From contig NW_025767635.1 in the NCBI RefSeq assembly GCF_003918875.1, positions 806,001 through 870,000 of the forward strand: a stretch of DNA of 64,000 nucleotides. Reading direction: 5' to 3'. A program made the position numbers and the translations under genes. This DNA comes from Haliotis rubra. Taxonomy: Eukaryota. This document shows positions 12,301 to 21,558 of the stretch, piece by piece (the first letter of the stretch is position 1; every line of letters starts with the position of its first letter). The notes under the pieces were generated by a model. It saw only the letters and a program-made list of their open reading frames with translations, was not told the origin of the DNA and ran no database searches.

Positions 12301-13653
12301 GAGACAGACTGAGGAGAACATTTCACATTGACAGGGGTTCAAAAAAAAATTAAAAAGCCACTTGCCACAGGGCAAGTGACTTTAAGAAAGTAACTTGTCC
12401 TGACTAATTTTCCACTTGCCCTGATTTTATGACATAATTATGATGATGTAATTATGAAAGAAGAAATCAACATGGTATTTGATGTTAATGTTTACTGGAC
12501 TATTTATTGAAAAGTGATAAATAGCAAAGAAAGATAACTCTACTTTATCATCATTGCGCGAAATTTAATAGCTACATTTTGAGCAGATATGAAATTAAAT
12601 CAAAGTTTATTTGCAGTTTGAAACCATAAGTGGAAATTATCTAGTAGCCCACGGACAAGTAAGATACCATTATTTGATTGCCCGAAATGAAAACTGACTT
12701 GTCCCGGGCGATGGGATTTTTGAACCCCTGCATTGAGACCCAGGTTTTGTTTTAGAGAGATAAACATAAACAAAAAACCGTAAACTGAGCCCTAATCATG
12801 TTGAATTGAAACCAGCTAAACTTGTTTGTTAGCTGATCTCATGTCTGGAGCAAATAAAAACAGCAATAAGTATTTTTCTTATGTAGTGGTGGTGAATTTT
12901 TGTACTTACTCTTCCAGAGCAGTACTGACATCGACCAGTTTGTGAAGCGCAAGTACAAGGTGAACTTCCCCATGTTTGCCAAGGTCAACATCACTGGTGA
13001 CAGTGTACCCGAGGCATGGAAACTGCTTACTGGTAAAATAGATCTTGTCTGTTGCTTGATGTTATTTACAAAAACTATATCAGTTATGCCCACACACCCC
13101 AATCAATTGCTAGTGAACACAGGCATCTTTCCTGATACCATGTTGTTACGGTTAGCATTGCAACAATCACACAATCTTGAGTCAGGTTTGCCAGCTGAGT
13201 ATTTTGTTTCTGCAGATGTTTGTAGTGCCTTTGTTTTGAAATACATGATTGTCAAAGTAGTTCTCATGTCATTTTCAAGTCAGCTTCACACAGTGTGTGT
13301 GTGTAATGGGTTTCCGTTGGTTTCTATTGTACAATGCGAATTTAGCAAGCGTCTAAATCTCATAATTTTAGAGTGTGAAAATTATGACAAGGAACTTAAT
13401 TCTGAAGACTGATTGTGTTGATTAATGCATTGTTATTGTTGATATTTTAGCTGAGGCGGGTAAATCCCCCACATGGAACTTCTGGAAGTACTTGGTCAAT
13501 GGCAAGGGACATGTGGTTGATGCCTGGGGGCCCTGGGTAGATGTTGATGACATCAAAGGAGCTGTACTGGATGCAGTGGAAGAGTTAATGCCCTTTGATC
13601 TTCCGTACCAGGCACACCATGATGACCATGAACACGACCATGAAGAGTTGTGA
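9318..13653 (+). CDS. GPX7: Glutathione peroxidase 7/8-like (Cys-type, ER); exon 2 scrambled in this sequence
   Basis: Exons 9318-9539, ~11727-11928 (disrupted), 12918-13032, 13451-13653. Hydrophobic leader, VSLVVNVASECGYTD (catalytic Cys is TGT, not TGA), FPCNQFGSQEPG, FPMFAKVNITG, PTWNFWKYLV, and C-terminal HEEL* (KDEL-like). Confidence 0.88.
10186..11763 (+). repeat. 68-bp tandem array made from the GPX exon-2 acceptor and first 12 codons (~23 copies)
   Basis: Unit gtgcactgtgtattgcag|gtatccctggtggtgaatgtggccagtgagtgtggcTAAaactgaatgtt. Confidence 0.95.
12332..12730. mobile_element. MITE with CAGGGGTTCAAAAAA terminal inverted repeats (hAT-like ends)
   Basis: caggggttcaaaaaa ... ttttttgaacccctg, flanked by the direct repeat cattga (12326-31 and 12731-36). 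Confidence 0.8.
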
Positions 13654-15828
13654 GGAGATCCGTGTGTGAAACCAGGGCCACAAGACAAACACTGAGTAAC
13701 ATTGTCTTGATGCGTCATCTCATTCCATTGAAATATACAATAGTTTTATTACTATTAACATGGTAACCCAACAATCTGCTCATCAAAAGCAGCAAAATTT
13801 GTATGCTTTAAATGATGAAGGACAGGAAATTGTAATCATTAGTATGAGGTTACAAGTTATTTAATTGGTACAACAGTGGCCTGTAAATTGTAAATGTTGG
13901 GCACCAGTTAATTGTCTGGAAATGTTCGTCTGGTATTATTGTATATTTCTCTGTCACTTATAATCTTTAATTCCAGATGGTATTTTTGAGGGAAACATTT
14001 TACGTCCATGTGTTACTTAGTTTCAGTGTAGATCTTTCCACAAAACTGTGTTCACCAAAACTTACTGAAGATGAATTTGGTGAATACACTAAGTAATTTG
14101 TTTGCTACGAAAGTAAGCATTTAAAATTAAGTTATCATCTGTGAAGTGGGGTTTTGGTAAAACTAGAAACTTGTCTTAGTGTGACCCTTGTAAACAATAT
14201 TTACAAATTTCACAATGACCTCTATAGTGTTGAATATTGACTGTTCCATTAGGGAGAAACTATTTCTTTCTACTCACCATGTTCCAGTTTAAGCAGAAGC
14301 TTGTTCATGAATTACAAATTGAAACCTAGTACAGTGTATAGTGAGAAGTGACATCTGAGTGTACAATGAGGTATTGTTTCTTTGGGGTTCCATGTTTTGG
14401 GACATATGACTTGAATCCTTTTCGTTACTTAGTATTATCATTATGCCACCTATGTAGTCGATAGACTCTGTTGTGTGCATCAACCCAAGGAACGGAACTC
14501 AACAATGATTGAAAGGGATCTTATGTGACCACATTCTGTTGTTGGCACGGTTACTTGTTAAAATTATTTCTACTAAAGTCTTCCCTTAATGTTAAGGCAT
14601 GTTAATGCAAACAATATAAGACAAAAGACTACACCTTTCTACTGAAAAGTCCCATGTATGTTGAGATAATTTCAGGGAATCCATAACTGTTTTTTATGAT
14701 CACTGCCAATCCCATGAAGAGATGAAATAGTTGCTCCATGTACCTTTCCAGGGATGTGCCTTCTGTTTAATTGATGGTGGCATCAGTGGTAGTGTTGTCA
14801 CTGTCAACGCTTGGTGCTGTCTCCATGTTTGTCTTTTCCGTCCATTTACTGCTCATAATCAAAATATCATGTACTAACTTTTGATCCTTTTGATGATTTT
14901 TGTCCTATTATTTGCCTGTTATTTGTCTGATTTTAATAACACACTCATGCGGTGTTGTGATGCTGCTATTTACTATTGCATATTTACTCTAATGGCGACT
15001 TCATTGTGTCCAGTGTATTTCTGGGCACAGTATTTGGTATGTTCATGATGTCAGTATCCTGTTTTATTACATAACTACTTAGTCATATGATAGCAAAACA
15101 GCATTGTAGTACAGCCAGCTGGGGCAAAGTCCATGTTATACTCTGATTTCTGTATTGCACAGCTGCCAGATCTTGAACTTGGCCTTGAACTTGAACACTA
15201 CTTTTCAAAATCATTTTACATGCAATGCAACCTCTAAAGAGTGTCCCAGAAGAAATGAACGATTGAAACATAGTTTATGAATGGAAGTTTATTTGTGTCA
15301 GATATTATTCTGTTGTGTGTCTTTCGTGATCAGAACCTGACACTAGATTGATGATATTAAGCGAGGAATGTCATGTCATATCTACAGGTGTGATACCCCT
15401 TGTGCTGAGTGATACTCAGGTCAGAGTAAATTCAATGCAGAAGTTTCAATAGTACCACTTAGAGTCAGATTGATAGTCTTTGCCATGAACAGGGTATGTG
15501 ATACATATAGAACATCATATCCTAAGATGTCCTGGTAGGAGAGGAACAACTTGTTCATCAAACTCATTGTTCCTCTCCCCCCCCCCATTGCCTCTTGTTA
15601 TTCAATACATCAGGTCCACTAGTATCCTATATATGCAGGCATTGTAGGTGGTGTGTCACAGAAGTACTTATGCAGCCCCCAACACAGTATTATCACATGT
15701 GCCAAATATTATCCTGATATTTTAAGACACATTGATGGTCTATTTACCTAATGTGACTAAAGAATAAATGTTTTTACCTTCATCAATATAGCTTTTTGTA
15801 ATGCTAGCTGTGTGTGTGATCTCTGGGG

Positions 15829-17464
15829 TTATCCCCGGCATGTAATGCAGGGGGATATAGTCGTCGCATCGTCCTTCTGTCCTCCATCCTCCGTAATCTC
15901 TGTCGAGCATCTCGTTGAATATTTTTCAACAAAACTTGGTAGATATATCAAACAAAACCTAAAGTGGTGCCTTTGCTATTTGCAGGTTTATGTCATTTAT
16001 ATTTTCTTGGTTTCCATGGAAAACGTTTTGGACTTAGTCTCAAATATAGTCGTTTCCTCACAACTTCTGTTAAGTATTTGTCAAAACTTAGTAGATATAT
16101 CAAACAAATCCTAAAGTGGTGCCTTTTGCTGTTTTCAGAATTTTTATTTTAATTTTTCTTGGTTTCCATCAGTTGAACTTTTTGTTTCCGGAGCATAACT
16201 CAATCGTTCTTCGACTTGGTAGGTATATCAAACATAAGCTAAAGTGGTTTTTGCTATTTACAGTTTATGTAATTTTTTGTTTTCTTGGTTTCCATGGAAA
16301 TATTTCAAACTTAGTCTCAAAAGGAGGGATTGGTTTCGTTTCTGGAGCACAACTCAAAAACCGTTCAATATTTTTCAACAAAACTTTAGATATATCAAAC
16401 ATTACAGATTATTATTTCATTTTATTTTTATTTTTTCCCGGTTTCATGGAAACGTTTTGGACTTAGTCTCAAAAAGGAGGGATTGGTTTCTTTTCCGGAG
16501 CATAACTCAAAAACTGTTCAGTATTTTTCAACAAAACTTGGTAGATGTATCAAACAAAACCTAAATCATGAAAAATAAAAATGCCAAAAATCTGCAAATA
16601 GCAAAAGGCAATACTTCAAGATCTGTTTGATATATCTACCAAGTCTTGTAGAAAGATATTGAATGGTTTTCAAGTTGTGAACCGAAAGAAACCCATCCCT
16701 CTCTTTTGAGACTATGTCCGAAACGTTTCCATGAAAACCAAGAAAAATAAAAATGCCAAAAATCTGTAAACAGCTAAAGGCACCATTTTAGGTTGTGTTT
16801 GATATATCTACCAAGTCTTGCAGAAAGATAATGAATGGTTTTCAAGTTGTGCTCCATGAAAACCGAAGCTGTAAACAGTTTCACCGCCCTCTTTGAGACT
16901 ATGTCCCAAAACGCTTCCATGAAAACCAAGAAAAATAAAAATGCCAAAAATCTGTAAATAGCAAAAGGCACCACTTTGGGATCTGCCTTATATCTGCCTA
17001 GTTTTGCTGAAATATATTAAGAAGTTTTTGAGTTGTGCTCCGGAAACAAAGCCAACCCTCCCTTTTGAGACTATGTCCGAAACGTTTCCATGAAAACCGA
17101 GAAAATAATAACTCACAAAAATCTGTAAATAGCAAAAGGCACCACTTTAGGTTCTGTTTGATATATCTACAAATTTTGCAAGAAAAAAATGAATGGTTAT
17201 TGAGTTGTGCTCCGGAAACGAAGCCCACCCTCCCTTTTGAGACTATGTCCAAAACGTTTCCATGAAAACCGAGAAAAATAAAAATGACCAAAATCTGTAA
17301 ATAGCAAAAGGCACCACCTTAGGTTCTTGTGTGATATATCTACCAATTTTGATTGAAAAATATTGAACGTTTTTTTGAGTTGTGCTCTGGAAACAACATG
17401 ATTACAGACGGACGAGGCGTCAACTATATCCCCGCATTACATGCTGGGGGTGGGGTGATAAAAA
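15829..17464. mobile_element. Foldback structure: two inverted arms of a modular non-autonomous element with ~180-190-bp internal tandem units
   Basis: Start ttatccccggcatgtaatgcagggggatatag mirrors end ctatatccccgcattacatgctggggg. Internal units (aaaacttggtagatatatcaaac...aaagtggtgcc) switch orientation at about 16565. Confidence 0.75.
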
Positions 17465-17649
17465 TGCTCTGTCGCAGGCCAGCATTTGTAGCTGAGACAT
17501 GGCTTTGTGAAATAAACCTCTCGACTACTTGGGTATTAAGGCCTCTCGACTGCCAACTTGGTTGTCCCTGGCTACTTGACCTCCAGGACTAGTGGTGCTG
17601 CCAAACACCGATTTCAAGCATAAACAAGATTACATTGGCATCAAATGGT

Positions 17650-17655
17650 TTTATT
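17650..17655 (-). promoter_or_regulatory. Candidate poly(A) signal AATAAA of SELENOP
   Basis: tttatt on the plus strand, about 50 nt downstream of the distal SECIS. Confidence 0.55.
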
Positions 17656-17699
17656 CATGAACTCTTACAAAACCTTGAGTCTGTGTCCATTGCATTCTC

Positions 17700-17760
17700 A
17701 CAAGGTGATCAAAACCACCACTCTTTTTCCAAGTTTTGTGATGGCCTCTCATTCTCAGCA
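17700..17760 (-). promoter_or_regulatory. SECIS element 2 (distal) of SELENOP
   Basis: RNA: AUGAG-aggccaucac-AAAA-cuuggaaaaag-a-guggugguuu-UGAU. It has the AUGA/GA core, a 10-bp helix II (with GU pairs), unpaired As and an apical mini-stem cuu/aag. Confidence 0.85.
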
Positions 17761-18186
17761 GATGGCAGTAGCTACAGTCTCATCAGTTTACAACACCACA
17801 ACACAGATGTGGCAACCTGACCCAAACACCTCACTTGTACAAAACAACTAATGATCCTGCAGTGATTGTGACCCAAACTTGATTGTTGGCTGAAGAAGCA
17901 ATATGTATGGGTAAGGTTCTACATCTATTGCACTGCCTTTGAATAAAACCATTCACAAATACTTCAACTCACATTAATAATCAGATCATGTCATAACAGA
18001 GGCACAGTACAAAGCAGAAATATATTTTGGAAATACTTTCGCTACCATTTGTCTTATCAAATGAAAGTTCTATGTGTTTTGTAATGTGCCCCACCTTGTG
18101 ATGAAAGATGAGCATGCATACAAAATTTATGGTGAAGAAAATGAATGATCTCTGCCCTATGTTGTCCCTAGATGTCCAGCGATGCC

Positions 18187-18251
18187 CCAGTTCTAGCTTC
18201 CTGCATTGGGAGACCGCCAGGTTTTATCCCAAATGCTTTCATTTACACTGG
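18187..18251 (-). promoter_or_regulatory. SECIS element 1 (proximal) of SELENOP
   Basis: RNA: ccagugu-aa-AUGAA-agcauuugggau-AAA-accuggcggu-cucccaaugca-GGAA-gcuaga-acugg. Helix I ccagu/acugg, helix II gcauu(u)ggga/ucccaaugc, apical stem acc/ggu. Confidence 0.75.
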
Positions 18252-18371
18252 CCTCTTTCTGGACAGGTAGGAGGGCCATAGTGACAGAGGGAGAAAGATA
18301 CAGGACAACTGATAAGAAGCTTTTATATGTGCGACATTCACTTTCATTTTCAGGCATATGATCGTTTGGAA

Positions 18372-21300
18372 TTAACAATATATAGTGTAGGGTAGGAAAG
18401 TGGAAGATTGTGACAGATTACTGTCATTCTGTGCCTGTTCCAATGGGTCACTGTCAAGGAGAACCAAGAGGGGTGGTCATTGCTGAGGTCATTGTCATGT
18501 GACTCGGGAGCTGAACCAACTACTCTCCGATCACACTCAGGTGGAGGGAGAGGAGACACGTGAGTTGTCACCTTGTCACTGTCAGGATTCTAAACCAGAT
18601 GGTCAAGAACAGGAGATGGGAGAAGAGCTGGATTGCCCTTGTCATTGTCAAGAGCCTGCAAGTCCAGATGGTCAGTCTCAGGACTGTGGCCGAGTCTGAC
18701 ACAGTCATGAAACAGAGCCGGATTCCTGCGCCTGTCACTGGTACAGTGGACCTGGTCCACTAGTGACCTGCCCTTGTCACTGTCAAGATGACCCCAAACC
18801 TGAAGGTCATTGTCAAGATGATGGATTTTGTCCTGAGCTGTGTTGTCACTGTCAGCTACCCCCCAAACCAGCTGGTCACTGTCAAGTGGAGGGTGACCCG
18901 TCAGACGTCTGAAGCTGTCACTGTCAGGAGGACCCTGTACCTGGTCAACGACAGGAAGCTCCTGTTCTTGGTCACTGACAATTGTGACCTCCTTCTTGAC
19001 ACTGTCAGCACTCAGAGCCACTGGGGCAGCTTCAGCGACGAGCAACTGTTGAAGATCATGATCAAGTGCCATGTCTAAAACGACACTCGCAGTCACCGCC
19101 AGAGGCTGGTCAGTTACATCTGGATTCTGAGACTGCGGGTCACTGACAACGTTTCAGTGACAGATCACTCTGCTGACGTCACTGTCACCTGTTCTGAAGA
19201 CGTCAGGGTTTGGATTTAGGAGACTGATGTCTGCAGGCCTGACAGAGACATCTCTCCCTTAGAGCTGGAGGTGGACGATGTCAGGAACATCTCCAGCCCA
19301 CGGGACGACTGTCACCAAGGTCAGCCAGCTGCTGGTAACACGATCATCTCCGGCTCGACTCGTGCGAGGAGCACAGACAATCATGAGTAGGTGTACGGGT
19401 TGTGGAAGGGGCACTGGGTCAGGCTCAGTGCTGCCTATGGCGATGTGCAAAGTTATCTCTGTTATGGTTCAGCCTGTTCTGACGTCGCAGTCTTCTCAGA
19501 ATCCTACACAAAAGGTCTTGACATCTGGGGGATCTCGAGGGTAGACGTTCTACGGTAGGATCATCTCCCTGCATCTGATCATGGGGGTTGGTTTGATGAC
19601 GAGTTGAGGAATGGTCGTGATGGTGATGTCTCCGACCATGATGGCGTTGATAATTGAGCCGACAGTAGCATGGGCTGTCATAGTAGGTGGTCCAGAGTGC
19701 CATCTGGGTGTAGTGATAGCGAAGGATGGTCATTGGGAATTCAATATGGTAGGTCTGTTGTCCACATCTAGAACAAGAAAATAGATTTTACAGTTATTTC
19801 GGTGTTACTTTTAAGTTAAAACAGACGAGTGGTTTCCCAGGTGATCCACAAAGTCGGAGGACAGTTAGTTCCAAGATTCACACGTGAAGTCCAGCAATGG
19901 ATTAATTGGCCAGAAAGCGTTTGGTAATCTAGTTCAACTTTGAACCCAAAATTCTCCTGTTTCCCCATCGGCATTTATATAACAGAGAAACAGCGCCTTA
20001 ACGAAGTCACCAGACCTTCGAGCCGACCCACTCAGTGAATGGTATGAGAGCTGTCATTTCACAATGAATAAGTGTTGGATCAAGTTTCTATAGATTCTTA
20101 TTTCTAATGGCAATGTGGGAAGATAGTTTAGTTGGTTGCCGACCTGTCAAATATGAAGAAATCGTCCTTGTGGCCGCCGTAGACTCGCTCCCAAAGTCCG
20201 AGGTGCGGAGTGTCTTGGTAGACAGGGAAGGTGACCAGTCTGGCCAGCTGGTTGTACATGAGGAGGGAGCCGTTGCTGTAGTCGTTGATGATGATCATGT
20301 TGATGTCGGGCATGCCGTGATCAGCAAACAAACCACGGAGAATTTCCAGACTGAAGGTGAATGAGTGAGTGAATATTCTGTTATCAGCTGTTACACAGTT
20401 CACATACAGGTACACATCATATTCCTACTGAAATTGGGGGCTATAACCTTCAGGCCATAGTGTTAATCCATTGGAGCCAACACCAGCTTCGTCTGGAACA
20501 GTGCAACACAAACGTAAACTTCCAACAAAATTACTCTGACGGGCGTGTAATCGTCTGTGACAAGTTAAGAAAGGTAACGTTGAAGTTGCGGAGAGGCGTC
20601 TGGGGTATTATCAGAAACAAAGCCCCGGCAGAGAGGCGTCTGGGGTATTATCAGAAACAAAGCCCCGGCAGAGAGGCGTCTGTGGTGTTTATCAGAAACA
20701 AAGCCCCGGCAGAGAGGCGTCTGGGGTATTTATCAGAAACAAAGCCCCGGCAGAGAGGCGTCTGGGGTATTTATCAGAAACAAAGCCATGGCGGAGAGGC
20801 GTCTGGGGTATTTATCAGAAACAAAGCTATGGCGGAGAGGCGTCTGGGGTATTATCAGAAACAAAGCCCCGGCAGAGAGGCGTCTGGGGTATTATCAGAA
20901 ACAAAGCCCCGGCAGAGAGGCGTCTGGGGTATTTATCAGAAACAAAGCCATGGCGGAGAGGCGTCTGGGGTATTTATCAGAAACAAAGCCATGGTGGAGA
21001 GGCGTCTGGGGTATTTATCAGAAACAAAGCCATGGCGGAGACGCGTCTGGGGTGTTTATCAGAAACAAAGCCATGGCGGAAAGGCGTCTGGGGTATTTAT
21101 CAGAAACAAAGCCATGGCAGAGAGGCGTCTTGGGTATGTATCAGAAACAAAGCCATGGCGGAAAGGGGTCTGGGGTATTTATCAGAAACAAAGCTATGGC
21201 GGAGAGGCGTCTGGGGTATTTATCAGAAACAAAGCTATGGCGGAGACGCGTCTGGGGTATTTATCAGAAACAAATCCATGGGTAATGGAGGATGCAGTCA

Positions 21301-21558
21301 GACGTCAAGAGATGAACATACATTTTATCACTGTATTGTTGTAACCAAACACAGCGACACTTACCCTGCGGCCTGGGTTCTACAGAAGGATCAGCTGGCC
21401 TTTAGCAGCGCCACCAACGTCACATTGCCGCGCAACTGCTCCATCGGCCGCACACCATCTACCGACCACGACGCGGGTCGGGAGCAGTCGAGGGCCAGGG
21501 CAGGAGGGGCGAGGACGAAGATGGCTGCTAAAGCCAGCAGAGCCCGTGGGCTCCGCAT
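18372..21558 (-). CDS. SELENOP: Selenoprotein P with about 40 in-frame UGA (Sec) codons
   Basis: Exons 21558-21365, 20350-20144, 19767-18372 (598 aa as read). Signal peptide MRSPRALLALAAIFVLAPPALA, then VTLVALLKAS-U-SFC (UxxC, TGA at 21393-91), FPVYQD, GGHKDDFFIFDRCG..TYHIEFP and His-rich RHHGRRHHHHDH. Then 39 TGA between 19427 and 18477 with no TAA/TAG until 18374-72. Two SECIS-like hairpins follow. Confidence 0.95.
20588..21282. repeat. ~40-bp minisatellite in a SELENOP intron
   Basis: Unit ggcagagaggcgtctggggtatttatcagaaacaaagcc(cc/at). Confidence 0.95.
21522..21556 (-). promoter_or_regulatory. Tandem stem-loops at the SELENOP start codon (initiation stem-loop-like)
   Basis: AU-GCGGAGCC-CACG-GGCUCUGC (8 bp) immediately followed by UGGCU-UUAGC-AGCCA (5 bp). 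Confidence 0.5.

Noticed and set aside
9318-13653. GPX as a second selenoprotein
   Set aside because: The active-site codon is TGT (Cys), the terminal TGA follows HEEL, and I saw no convincing SECIS downstream.
18477-19427. Interpreting the TGA-rich region as a pseudogene or 3' UTR
   Set aside because: All 39 stops are TGA, arranged in Cys-equivalent motifs, with SECIS-like hairpins downstream. Neutral decay would also give TAA and TAG.
18350-19544. Short overlapping ORFs (168 aa minus; CHCQ-containing plus-strand ORFs)
   Set aside because: They are alternative-frame and antisense shadows of the TGA-rich SELENOP exon.
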